A stretch of DNA of 45,506 nt from positions 128,001-173,506 of IMG/VR virus record IMGVR_UViG_3300035034_002381. One strand, 5' to 3'. Positions 17,539-26,889 of the stretch are shown here, piece after piece. The translations under genes were made by a program, and so were the position numbers. Numbering within the stretch: the stretch's first letter is position 1; every line of letters starts with the position of its first letter. The notes beneath the pieces are model-generated. The model was not told where the DNA came from. It ran no database searches and saw nothing but the letters and a program-made list of their open reading frames with translations. Source of the DNA: a virus. Lineage: Duplodnaviria; Heunggongvirae; Uroviricota; Caudoviricetes.

Positions 17539-20160
17539 ATGGTTAAATTAAGTGCTCGAATTGAAGATCTTCAAAAAAACACAGGATCTTTAGAAGTAAA
17601 GAAAATTTGCGAAAACGCATTATCAGAAATCTCAAAAATTAACAAAACTAGAATCTCGCCTTCTGCAAAAAAAGAGTTGGCAATTTCTATAACAGAAAAT
17701 GTTATTGACGAACTTTCTGGATTTGATGAATCAATTGTGGAATCCTTTATTAAAAAGGAAAAGACTGCATTGACTCTTGATAATCTAGGTATTAGTGAAG
17801 CAATGGACAAAATTGCTGAAAGTGATTTGAAAAATCATCCGGCAATTTCATATGCCATTAGAGGATTCCAAGATAAACTCTCAAACCCTGATTATTTGAT
17901 TGCTGAAGAATTTTATAGCAAATTTAAGCCATTCGATTGGCATCCACAAGTCAAATCCGAACTTGATAATATATTTGAAAAGGTAACAATATACAAAGAC
18001 GATATTATCATCCAAAAGGCTGTTCATGGTTTAAAAAATTCTAAGTCTTCATATTTACTAAAAGGTATTAATGAGACTCTTGAAGCTTATTTGGAAGAAA
18101 GAACAAAGAAAAACAAAGAAGAACTTGTTGAAAGACTTGATCGTTTCTCTTTTGATCATATGATCAGAAACCTGAAAAATGCTGTTCAATCGTCAAATGA
18201 TAATGAACTTGTAATTAAAGAAGGTAAAGGACAAGCTATACCGAAGGATATTTATTCACTCGTTTTTATAAATGAAAATAACGAAATATTTGGTACAGGT
18301 AAAGAATTTTACGCAAAATCCGGAAATACTCTTATTAAGCTTAATGAAAGTGATGTTTCTTCTCTTTCACATGATTTTGTAAAAGTCAATGAGTTTTTAA
18401 ATAGTGATTCTGTAAAAATTGTTGGAGACACAATGACTATTTATGGATCAGATAGAAAATTTGTACTTGAATCTGTGAATGGCAATGTTAGTATTACTGT
18501 CAATGACAAGAAGATGACCAATGAAGAATTCCAAAGTATCTATATGAAATCTGGAGTTTTATCAAGAAGAAATTCTGACCAAGTCGGAATGATTAATTAT
18601 ATTGTTGAAAACTTTGATTCAATTACCAAAATAGACTTCGGAAAAAGAATTTTATCTCCGAATATGGCAAACAGAAGAGTTGATATATTCAAACTTGATG
18701 AAAACATTTTTATTACTAAAGAAGATCCTATGATGGGTCGTGTTGATTTTTTCAAAAATCTTAATGCAACACAATCAAAAAACTTGGTAATAGAATATCT
18801 TAATTATGATATTTCAGAATCTTTTACTGAAATGATTTCTTCTGAAGATAAACAATTAAAAGAATATTCTAAAGCTAAACAAAGTTATATCAAAGCTATT
18901 TCTAAACTTGAAGAAAAAGTAAAAGAGTTGAGTTCAATCAATGATCCTGCTATTTTAGAATCTGAAGAATTTCAGAATATTCTTTCCATTTTAAATCAAG
19001 AAATTGATTCTTTAAAAGAAGAATATAATTCTTATGTGGCTTCAATTGTTGAAATGGAAACGGCACCTACAGCATCGCCTGAAGAAGATGCCGGTAAAGA
19101 TTTAGGAACAGAAACTGAAAGGGGAGATTTTACAGTAGATGATAAAGTCAAATGTCTTAAACTAGAATGTTGTGGAACAATTACTGGTGTTAACGGTGAT
19201 GCATATACAATATTAACTGACGATGGAAAAACTGAAATATGTAAAGCTGAAGATTTAGAATTACTTGAGGTTTCTGAATCTGATGGACTTGAAGATAAAA
19301 TCGACAAAGTTACAAAGTTTATTGATAAATTAGGAGACGGCGAATCTGATGACGAAGAGGAAGATGATGATGAAGAAGAGGGAGACGATGATGATGATGA
19401 TGAGGATGATGAGGATGAAGAAGATGAGGATGAAGAAGGAGATGATGATGAAGAATTTGATGTTGATGGACTTGATGCAAAGGATCCTGATCTTACTACC
19501 GAGGCCGAAACCGCTCCTCCCACTACCGATGTAAATGACGCCTCAAAAGAAGTTGTTGATGCAAACGATACTGATCTCACACCATTAACCGCAGGCGACA
19601 AAATTAATAAATCTGGAAAAATTGGAACTGTCCAAGGAGTAAAGGATGAAATTGCGACTGTATTATTTGATGATGGTTCAACAGAAACAGTAAAAACATC
19701 TGAAGTTTCTTTACAAATGAAACATGAAGATTCAATTACTGAAGATCATTCTGATGTTGCCGGAGCGGCTCCTATCGAAGATCTTAATTCACTCACACCC
19801 GGCGATCGAGTAGAAACTGAGGATGATGTATATGGTTCAGTTCAAGGCGTACGTGATGATATTGTAACTGTATTACATGATGATGGTTCAACAGAATCTT
19901 ATGGTCCTGGTGAATTATACTTTGTTAAGAAACACGAAGAAGCAATATCTGAAGATTTTTCAGCAGGAGATGAAGTTGAATTGACTGATGGTTCTAGAGC
20001 TAAAGTTACTAGCACAATTGATGATAAAGTGATGATTATTGACGACCAAGGAAAAACTTCAACGGTCCCAAAATCTGATCTTAATCTTATCAAGGGAATC
20101 GGTACACAAGCAGATGAAGTCGAAGGTAAAGAAAACGATGGAAAATCTGTAGATGTATAA
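17539..20160 (+). CDS. Large acidic protein with D/E tract and four SH3/KOW-like repeats; probable virion/prohead core protein
   Basis: 873 aa. Late motif upstream, poly-D/E tract, four GDxV...G.V.GV....V..DDG repeats. Function is inferred. Confidence 0.6.
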   Translation: MVKLSARIEDLQKNTGSLEVKKICENALSEISKINKTRISPSAKKELAISITENVIDELSGFDESIVESFIKKEKTALTLDNLGISEAMDKIAESDLKNHPAISYAIRGFQDKLSNPDYLIAEEFYSKFKPFDWHPQVKSELDNIFEKVTIYKDDIIIQKAVHGLKNSKSSYLLKGINETLEAYLEERTKKNKEELVERLDRFSFDHMIRNLKNAVQSSNDNELVIKEGKGQAIPKDIYSLVFINENNEIFGTGKEFYAKSGNTLIKLNESDVSSLSHDFVKVNEFLNSDSVKIVGDTMTIYGSDRKFVLESVNGNVSITVNDKKMTNEEFQSIYMKSGVLSRRNSDQVGMINYIVENFDSITKIDFGKRILSPNMANRRVDIFKLDENIFITKEDPMMGRVDFFKNLNATQSKNLVIEYLNYDISESFTEMISSEDKQLKEYSKAKQSYIKAISKLEEKVKELSSINDPAILESEEFQNILSILNQEIDSLKEEYNSYVASIVEMETAPTASPEEDAGKDLGTETERGDFTVDDKVKCLKLECCGTITGVNGDAYTILTDDGKTEICKAEDLELLEVSESDGLEDKIDKVTKFIDKLGDGESDDEEEDDDEEEGDDDDDDEDDEDEEDEDEEGDDDEEFDVDGLDAKDPDLTTEAETAPPTTDVNDASKEVVDANDTDLTPLTAGDKINKSGKIGTVQGVKDEIATVLFDDGSTETVKTSEVSLQMKHEDSITEDHSDVAGAAPIEDLNSLTPGDRVETEDDVYGSVQGVRDDIVTVLHDDGSTESYGPGELYFVKKHEEAISEDFSAGDEVELTDGSRAKVTSTIDDKVMIIDDQGKTSTVPKSDLNLIKGIGTQADEVEGKENDGKSVDV
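19336..19461 (+). repeat. Low-complexity GAT/GAA/GAG tract encoding poly-Asp/Glu
   Basis: DGESDDEEEDDDEEEGDDDDDDEDDEDEEDEDEEGDDDEEFD. Confidence 0.9.
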
Positions 20161-20429
20161 TGATAAGAGAATTCCAAGAATATCTTAAAGATAGAATAGG
20201 TAGTCAAGAGCAAGAACAAGAATTATATGACGATAAGTATAATTCTCATGTCGAAATTGCAATTATAAAAGTAGATAAAATCATTGAGCTTTTAGAAGAT
20301 CTTCAAAGGGATCTTCTAAAAGCTACTATTTCATATTCAGACATTGATAACAAAATCAAATATTTTAAAGATTTGAAAGAAGAAATCAAAACTGAAGACA
20401 CTAACACTAAACAAACTAAAAGCACATAA
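20160..20429 (+). CDS. Small coiled-coil hypothetical protein
   Basis: 89 aa, TAATG overlap with upstream gene, starts MIREFQEYL. Confidence 0.7.
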   Translation: MIREFQEYLKDRIGSQEQEQELYDDKYNSHVEIAIIKVDKIIELLEDLQRDLLKATISYSDIDNKIKYFKDLKEEIKTEDTNTKQTKST

Positions 20430-20433
20430 AAAT

Positions 20434-20781
20434 ATGCCAGTATATTGCCCACCCGATAAATTTAAAGCAGCTATTCTAGAATCACTTGAACAAGATGAAC
20501 TGACTCCAGATGCATTAATGTATCTAATGAGAATAGCAAATGAAGCAAGTAAAAAATTGAAATACAAAAATCCTAAAGATCGAGAAGATTGTATAGGTAC
20601 AGCTCAAGAAGTAATTCTCAAATATTGGAGAGGATATAACCCAGAAAAATCATCATACCCATTTGCATATTATACACAAATGGTAGTACATGGATTAGCT
20701 AAAGGATGGCATGAGCTTCATCCAATCAAAACAATTAACAAAGTTTCATTATCCCACGAGAATATTCACAGTTTTGAATAA
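20434..20781 (+). CDS. gp55: Minimal late sigma factor (T4 gp55-like)
   Basis: LMRIANEASKKLKY...REDCIG...KYWRGYNPEKSSYPFAYYTQ matches the gp55 core (F/YNPEKSxNPFAYFTQ). Only 115 aa. Confidence 0.8.
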   Translation: MPVYCPPDKFKAAILESLEQDELTPDALMYLMRIANEASKKLKYKNPKDREDCIGTAQEVILKYWRGYNPEKSSYPFAYYTQMVVHGLAKGWHELHPIKTINKVSLSHENIHSFE

Positions 20782-20786
20782 GTCTA

Positions 20787-21290
20787 ATGTCATCCTCAGA
20801 TTATAAAAACAAAAACAAGCCAACTAAAAACAGTAGATATAGACAAGGATACTACAGACCTGAAAACAGTGAAAAGTATTTGGGTGATGTAACTAAAATA
20901 ATCTATAGATCTACATACGAATACAAATTCTGTAGATTTTGCGATAATTCTACAGATGTATTAAGTTGGTCATCCGAACCATTTTCAGTAAAATATTATG
21001 ATCCTGTTAAGCAGAAAAAACGTGATTATTTTATAGACTTTTATATGAAATATAAGAGAGCTGATACAATCAATGATTATTTAATAGAAGTTAAACCTAA
21101 AAAGAAACTTGTTATGCCAGTTTTTGAAGGTAAACAAACTCTAAAAAGATTAAAATCTTACAATTCTGAAGTCGAAGAATTTTTGACAAATAAATCTAAA
21201 ATTGAAGCTGCAAAAGATTATGCTCGTAGCTTAGGTTATAAATTTATAGTAGTAACAGAAGACTTTTTGTATAACAATGATCTAGAATAA
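20787..21290 (+). CDS. gp4: Head completion nuclease (T4 gp4; TnsA-like PD-(D/E)xK)
   Basis: YRQGYYRPENSEKYLGD, IYRSTYE, WSSEP, YFIDF, LIEVKP, FIVVTE. Confidence 0.88.
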   Translation: MSSSDYKNKNKPTKNSRYRQGYYRPENSEKYLGDVTKIIYRSTYEYKFCRFCDNSTDVLSWSSEPFSVKYYDPVKQKKRDYFIDFYMKYKRADTINDYLIEVKPKKKLVMPVFEGKQTLKRLKSYNSEVEEFLTNKSKIEAAKDYARSLGYKFIVVTEDFLYNNDLE

Positions 21291-21985
21291 TGGAAAATCC
21301 GATAATAACATATAGAGATAATCTATTAGCACCTGGTAATATGAATCAAGAAATGACTAAAAGATTTCTTGATTTGTATGTTTTAAACATAAGACCGAAA
21401 ACAGATTTTCTAGAAACTGATGAAGAAACTAAAGTTATACAATTTGGTAAATTTCTTCCTGGAAAAATTTATACATTTAAATATGATCCACTTTACAAGA
21501 ATAAACTGGATTTCTTTGATAAAAGACCAGTAATATTATGCAACCAAGTATTCTTTGCAAAAGGTACAAAGAATCTTATTTTGTCTGGCCTAAATCTAAA
21601 TTTTTTACCTGAAGAAATAGTTACACAATTATTATCAAAATTTTATGAACTTTTCGATAAAGAAATAGATTTAAGTTATAATATGGCAGGTTCAAATAAT
21701 GTCAATTTTGATATCCGAGAAATTGCTATGTTTTTTAAAGAATGGAAAGAGGTCTTGGCATACTTTGGAGGTCTAAATGGTTTAGGTTATCAGTTTGCAT
21801 ATAGACATTATATTATTGATAGAATTGAATTTTTAAGATATGTTGAATATCAACATTGGGAAATGCTACCCTTTCTAATGACAGAAGAAATAGAAGGTAA
21901 ATCTGTAAAGGAGATATATACTTTATATTGGAAAACTTTAATTAGTAATGTAAACAAGTCAATAAACAAATCAAAAAAGAGATAA
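21290..21985 (+). CDS. gp2: DNA end protector protein (T4 gp2-like)
   Basis: PGKIYTFKYDP..K..L.FFDKRP and GLNLNFLP match gp2 motifs; adjacent to gp4. Confidence 0.78.
   Translation: MENPIITYRDNLLAPGNMNQEMTKRFLDLYVLNIRPKTDFLETDEETKVIQFGKFLPGKIYTFKYDPLYKNKLDFFDKRPVILCNQVFFAKGTKNLILSGLNLNFLPEEIVTQLLSKFYELFDKEIDLSYNMAGSNNVNFDIREIAMFFKEWKEVLAYFGGLNGLGYQFAYRHYIIDRIEFLRYVEYQHWEMLPFLMTEEIEGKSVKEIYTLYWKTLISNVNKSINKSKKR
21913..21921 (+). promoter_or_regulatory. Putative late promoter GATATATAC for portal (inside gp2 3' end)
   Basis: Exact motif about 85 nt upstream of the portal ATG. Confidence 0.55.
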
Positions 21986-22004
21986 ATATCTAAATTAAAA
22001 TATT

Positions 22005-23603
22005 ATGGCAGGATTTCTAAATAGAGGTAACCCAACATCAATTTTTGGTACTATTGGAAAGGCATTAAAACGTCTTTCTAATCTTGGAATGGATTATGAT
22101 GATATGGTCGTCAAACAATCCAGAGCCGTTGGTGTAACAGAGTCAGAATTCGGAAACTCGGGATATTTACCTAAAGAGTACTTATATTCTTTGGCAATGT
22201 CAGACATTGGTCAAAAGAAATTTATTGCATATTTCGAAAAAGATTATCAATCTCGAAGAGATTATTTAAGAAGATTTGCGATGAATGGGGAAATTGATTA
22301 TATCGTTGAAACTATCGTTGATGAATCTATAGTATATGATGAGAAAAATTATTTCTGTCGACCAGATACAACATCAATTGGTGAGTATTTGAATGATGAT
22401 AAAGAAGCTGAAATTAAGGAAATTATTAATGGTAGTTTTAAGAAAATCTATAGCGCCTTTAAATTTAAGGAATCGCATGATTCTTGGCATTACTTTAAAA
22501 AGTTTTTGATCGATGGATTTTTAACATTTGAAATCATTTTTGATAAAGAAGGAAAGGAAATTATTGGATTTAAAGAACTTGACGCATTATCGTTAAGACC
22601 TGCCGTACAAGAAATGGATGATGGTTCTTACAAAAAAATATGGTTACAATATGAAGATGTTCCCACATTAAAAAGAGAACTACTTGATAGTTCAATTATC
22701 TATATTTCATACGCCAAAGGAAATTTTGTTGGAAGACTATCGTATACTGAAAGATTAGTGAGATCATTTAATCTTTTGAGAATCATGGAAAATTCGAGAA
22801 TTATTTGGAACGTAATGAATTCATCCTATCGATTAAAAATGGTAGTACCTATCGGAACTAAATCTCGTCAGAAAGCTAAAGAATCTCTTGCTGATATGCT
22901 ATCAGTTTATAAAGAAGATATTTCATTAGACTTTGATTCAGGTGAATTAACCGTAAATGGTAAACCTACCATGCAATTCTATAAAAACTATCTACTACCA
23001 AGTAAAAATGGTGAACAACCTGAAATTGATGTCATGGGTGGTGAAGGTCCTGACTTATCAGATACCGACGCACTTAAATATTTCTATGATAAATTAAGAA
23101 TGGACTCTAAAGTTCCATTTAATCGATTAGAATTTGATGGTGGCGGTGGAGGCCAAATACAATTTGAAGCTTCTAGTATGGATAGGGATGAAATTAGATT
23201 TTCTAAATTTATTCGAAGATTGCGAGCGATTTATCAGGAAATTTTACTCAAGCCCTTGTGGATTCAATTATGTTTACAAAAGCCAGAATTGGCTAATGAT
23301 CGACTGCTCGAATCTAACTTAGGACTTATCTTTAATTCAGATAATATCTTTGAAGAAGCTAAAAATATGGATATTAATGAACGTAGAGCTAACTTTATCT
23401 CGACCATGCAACAAATTACTGTTCCTGAACTTGACGAATCTGGTATGATTACTGAGGTGCCTTATTTTAACGCCAAGTTCTTGATTCAGAAATATATGAA
23501 ACTTCCTGATGCTGATATTAAACGTAATGAAAAATTACAAACTAAGAAAAAGGAAGAAGATGAGAAAAAAGCAAAAGAAATTGCTAAGCAACAAGGATTT
23601 TAA
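22005..23603 (+). CDS. gp20: Portal vertex protein (T4 gp20)
   Basis: EIDYIVETIVDE, FLIDG, SYTERLVRSFNLLRIMENSRIIW, LKYFYDKL...SKVPFNRL, RDEIRFSKFIRRLR. Confidence 0.93.
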   Translation: MAGFLNRGNPTSIFGTIGKALKRLSNLGMDYDDMVVKQSRAVGVTESEFGNSGYLPKEYLYSLAMSDIGQKKFIAYFEKDYQSRRDYLRRFAMNGEIDYIVETIVDESIVYDEKNYFCRPDTTSIGEYLNDDKEAEIKEIINGSFKKIYSAFKFKESHDSWHYFKKFLIDGFLTFEIIFDKEGKEIIGFKELDALSLRPAVQEMDDGSYKKIWLQYEDVPTLKRELLDSSIIYISYAKGNFVGRLSYTERLVRSFNLLRIMENSRIIWNVMNSSYRLKMVVPIGTKSRQKAKESLADMLSVYKEDISLDFDSGELTVNGKPTMQFYKNYLLPSKNGEQPEIDVMGGEGPDLSDTDALKYFYDKLRMDSKVPFNRLEFDGGGGGQIQFEASSMDRDEIRFSKFIRRLRAIYQEILLKPLWIQLCLQKPELANDRLLESNLGLIFNSDNIFEEAKNMDINERRANFISTMQQITVPELDESGMITEVPYFNAKFLIQKYMKLPDADIKRNEKLQTKKKEEDEKKAKEIAKQQGF

Positions 23604-23630
23604 TTTTCAGTGAAAAATAACAGCACACAA

Positions 23631-24719
23631 ATGCCACTACCTATAATATTATTAATACTGTTTTCATTTTTGGCAGTTTTCTATTTATTCTATAAACTTA
23701 TAAAATATTGTAGACATCTTTGTTATTGTCCAGGCAGTGGCTCAGGCGGTTCAGGTAGTGGCTCAGGTTCCGGATGTCCAACAGGTTATCATTCAATAAA
23801 ACTTAAAAGGCTTCCAGGAAATAGCGATATCATAGGTAAAGGTTTTCATAGAAGTGGATGGCCTTATGTAGTTAATCATTTATATCCTTTACATTCAGAA
23901 AGTGGAATTTTATTTGATGATTTTGTCGAACAAAATTTTTGTTATGTAGACAAACCAGAAATATATACTGAGCCATGGGTCGGAGTTTTTCATCACCCAC
24001 CAAATATGCCGTATTTTGGGAATCGCCCTGAAAAATTTGAGGTTTTTACAAAGACTAAAGAATTCCAAGAATCAATTAAAATGTTGAAACTGGCTATAAC
24101 TTTAACCGAGTTTCATGCTGTGGAATTAAGAAAAATAGTAGATTGTCCTGTTATTGTTATTGCACACCCAGCTAAACAAGGATTTCCTGAATGGTCTGAA
24201 GAGGAGTGGGAAGCAAATCCACGGAAAGAATTAATACAAATTGGTTTTTATCTTAGAAACACACAACTTATTAATCAGATACCTATCATTAAAAATGTCC
24301 GAAAGATTAGATTATGGATAGACAGATTTTGGATAAATGCATATGATTCCCGAGTTAAAAAATATTGGAATGCCGAATCTACTAGGAAAAATTATGGAGA
24401 ATTTAGGGATAGATATTTCGTAACACCAAGGAACTTTGATAAGATGTTATCTAAAAACGTCGTTGTTATGGAATTCTTTACTTGCTCTGCAACTAATGGA
24501 TTATTAGATTGTTTAGTAAGAAATACACCGTTGATTGTAAATAGACATCCTGCAGTTGTTGAATATTTAGGCGAAGATTATCCTTTATATTTTGATAATC
24601 CAGAAGAAATACCTGGATTAGTAGAACAGGCAGTAGAAGGACATAGGTACATGAAGAACATGAATAAGGAATTCTTAAAACCTATCAACTTTATAAACAA
24701 ATTATTGGATAATTTATGA
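23631..24719 (+). CDS. Membrane-anchored glycosyltransferase-like protein (GT-B-like C-terminus)
   Basis: Likely ATG at 23631 (track uses GTG 23610). N-terminal TM helix, Cys cluster, GS linker, HRSGW, WVGVFHHPP, and NGLLDCLVRNTPLIVNRHPAVVEYLGEDYPLYF resembling a GT1/GT4 nucleotide-sugar-binding segment. Confidence 0.55.
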   Translation: MPLPIILLILFSFLAVFYLFYKLIKYCRHLCYCPGSGSGGSGSGSGSGCPTGYHSIKLKRLPGNSDIIGKGFHRSGWPYVVNHLYPLHSESGILFDDFVEQNFCYVDKPEIYTEPWVGVFHHPPNMPYFGNRPEKFEVFTKTKEFQESIKMLKLAITLTEFHAVELRKIVDCPVIVIAHPAKQGFPEWSEEEWEANPRKELIQIGFYLRNTQLINQIPIIKNVRKIRLWIDRFWINAYDSRVKKYWNAESTRKNYGEFRDRYFVTPRNFDKMLSKNVVVMEFFTCSATNGLLDCLVRNTPLIVNRHPAVVEYLGEDYPLYFDNPEEIPGLVEQAVEGHRYMKNMNKEFLKPINFINKLLDNL

Positions 24720-25363
24720 GAAAATATGCAGTAATGTGTGGCAGTCGCAGCGGCAGCTCTTACTTATGTGATCTTTTAAAATCTACAAATAGGTGTGGTA
24801 ATCCCAATGAATATTTTAATCCTGAATTAAAGTATAGTTGGATGGAGAAATTTGGCTATAAACCAAGTTATGTTGATCGCCTAATTAATAAAACTAAGAC
24901 TGAAAATGATGTTTTCGGAGTCAAAATCGTAGGTGTAAAAGATCAGTTGGAAACATATAACAATTCCATTCTTAATCTTTCACATTGGATATGGTTAAGA
25001 AGAGAAAATCAAATTTTACAAGCAATTTCGAGATATAGAGCATGGGAAACTGGAATTTGGCATATGAAACATCCTAATCATAAAAAGACTGTCGAATATA
25101 ATAAAGGTGGTATTCAATGGTGCTTAGATGAAATTAGATCAGAGGAAAAGTTTTATGAAGAATATTTCAATGATAAAGATCATATAGAAATTTGGTATGA
25201 AGATGATCTGGTGGATGCTCCTGAACAAACTGTAGTTTCTATATTATCATATTTAAAAATAAGTACTGAGGAGATTCCCGCATTAAAAACTACGCAGATA
25301 ATATCTAGAGATAAAATCTCAGAAGAATGGCAAAATAGATTTACGTCTGATTTAACAAATTGA
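24716..25363 (+). CDS. Stf0-family sulfotransferase
   Basis: 5'-PSB loop RSGSSYLCDLL, GNPNEYFN, VFGVK, 3'-PB LRRENQILQAISRYRA, YEDDL. ATGA overlap with upstream gene. Confidence 0.85.
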   Translation: MRKYAVMCGSRSGSSYLCDLLKSTNRCGNPNEYFNPELKYSWMEKFGYKPSYVDRLINKTKTENDVFGVKIVGVKDQLETYNNSILNLSHWIWLRRENQILQAISRYRAWETGIWHMKHPNHKKTVEYNKGGIQWCLDEIRSEEKFYEEYFNDKDHIEIWYEDDLVDAPEQTVVSILSYLKISTEEIPALKTTQIISRDKISEEWQNRFTSDLTN

Positions 25364-25367
25364 TAAC

Positions 25368-25396
25368 ATGGGATACTTTAGAGTATCCCATTTTTT
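25368..25396 (+). terminator. Intrinsic terminator
   Basis: Perfect 10-bp stem ATGGGATACT-ttag-AGTATCCCAT followed by a T run. Confidence 0.88.
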
Positions 25397-25419
25397 GATT
25401 ATATTTAATAAATCTTCTA

Positions 25420-25446
25420 AAACTTATCACAACTTTCTTAATATAA
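25420..25446 (+). promoter_or_regulatory. Putative middle promoter AAAC-N17-ATATAA (copy 5)
   Basis: AAAC 25420-25423, ATATAA 25441-25446, after the terminator and before the clamp loader. Confidence 0.75.
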
Positions 25447-25473
25447 TATTTAAACAATAAAGAAAAATATTAT

Positions 25474-26424
25474 ATGGTTGATCAGTTATTTACAGAAAAG
25501 TTTAGACCCAAGAAACTCGAACATGTTATTCTTCCAACAAGAATTATGGATCATGTTAAATCCGGAGAAGTTCATCAAAATCTTTTATTACATGGACCTC
25601 CAGGTTTAGGAAAAACTTCACTAGCAAAAGTATTAACAATGGATCGTCCTACATTATACGTCAATGTTTCTGATGAAACTGGTGTTGATGTAATTCGTGA
25701 AAAAATTAAAAAATGGTGCTCAACATCATCAGTTATCGATGGTAAAGAATCTACAAAGTTTGTTTTATTAGATGAGATGGACGGAGCTTCTGATCAATTT
25801 TATAAAGCTCTACGTGCAACAATTGAAAAATTTGCAGAAAACGCCAGATTCATAGGTACTTGTAATTACATCAACAAAGTTCCTGCGCCGATTCAATCGA
25901 GATTCGAAATGATCGATTTTAATTTCATAAATAAAGAAGAAGAAAAAGAAGTGATGATTAATGTTATCAAAAGAACTTCTGCAATTATCAAATCTTTAGA
26001 TATCAAAATTGAAAAGGCAGCGCTAATTGAGCTTGTAAAGAGAAATTTCCCCGACATGCGTGGAATTCTAAATAAACTTCAAAGTTGGAAAATCCAAGGT
26101 ATTAAGGAAGTTACACTAGAAAATATTAAACAGCTCAATTATTCATTTGCAGATGTTTTTAAAATTCTTTGTGAAAAACCTGATCCTCATGGCAACTATA
26201 AATTTTTGGTAGCAAATTATTCATCCAAAGTCGATGAAGTTCTTGCATCAATTGGTACAGAGTTTCCGGAATATCTTAAGGAAAATAAGGAATCAGAAAT
26301 TTCCAAATTACCAATGATAATTGTTAAGACTGCTGAGCACCAGGCACAAAGAACAATGGTTATAGATCCTGTGATCACAATGTTATCTTTGGTATTCACT
26401 ATTCAAGGTATCATCAATTCATGA
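25474..26424 (+). CDS. gp44: Clamp loader large subunit (T4 gp44/RFC-like AAA+)
   Basis: EKFRPKKL, NLLLHGPPGLGKTS, LLDEMD, FIGTCNY, IQSRF, FPDMRGILN. Confidence 0.94.
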   Translation: MVDQLFTEKFRPKKLEHVILPTRIMDHVKSGEVHQNLLLHGPPGLGKTSLAKVLTMDRPTLYVNVSDETGVDVIREKIKKWCSTSSVIDGKESTKFVLLDEMDGASDQFYKALRATIEKFAENARFIGTCNYINKVPAPIQSRFEMIDFNFINKEEEKEVMINVIKRTSAIIKSLDIKIEKAALIELVKRNFPDMRGILNKLQSWKIQGIKEVTLENIKQLNYSFADVFKILCEKPDPHGNYKFLVANYSSKVDEVLASIGTEFPEYLKENKESEISKLPMIIVKTAEHQAQRTMVIDPVITMLSLVFTIQGIINS

Positions 26425-26621
26425 TAGTAGATAATTCATCGATAATAAAGGGTATAGATTATATCGAAAATACCCGAGAACTGATTATTGATTTCAAAAC
26501 AGGAAAAACTTATACGTATTCAAATGTACCAGGAGTCGTAGCATTATCATTTTTTGATAGTGAGTCTAAGGGTCATTTTTTTACTAAGCATATCAAAGGT
26601 AAATATGAAGAGAGTAACTGA
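26421..26621 (+). CDS. KTSC domain protein
   Basis: SSIIKGIDY...L.I.FKTG..Y.YSNVP...ESKGHFF...IKGKY. Confidence 0.88.
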   Translation: MIVDNSSIIKGIDYIENTRELIIDFKTGKTYTYSNVPGVVALSFFDSESKGHFFTKHIKGKYEESN

Positions 26622-26862
26622 CGTTAAGGAATATATAATATCCAGGTATCCATTACATCCAGATAAATTTGATGTCATTAAAGTAGGTAGTTCTATATGG
26701 CTTTATGTTATTGATAGAAAAATTCAGTTAACGCGGTATCAGATATTCAAAGGTTCTTTAGGTACTATAGATGAATCTGAGGCACTTAAAAATTATTTAT
26801 TAGGTAATATACATAAAGCCATAATAGACCTCGGATATGTTAACCCAGGTTATTCTGTGTAA
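26605..26862 (+). CDS. Hypothetical protein
   Basis: Probable ATG at 26605 (MKRVTDVKEY..., 85 aa). The track's 26554 start overlaps KTSC heavily. Confidence 0.6.
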   Translation: MKRVTDVKEYIISRYPLHPDKFDVIKVGSSIWLYVIDRKIQLTRYQIFKGSLGTIDESEALKNYLLGNIHKAIIDLGYVNPGYSV

Positions 26863-26889
26863 CTATTTGGACCCAATTAAAAGAAAAAT

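Noticed and set aside
19349-19534. Met/Lys/Arg-rich alternative-frame ORF
   Set aside because: By-product of the GAT/GAA repeats.
20787-21290. Tn7 TnsA transposase or mobile element
   Set aside because: Fold is shared with T4 gp4; it sits next to gp2 and portal, with no TnsB/C or transposon ends.
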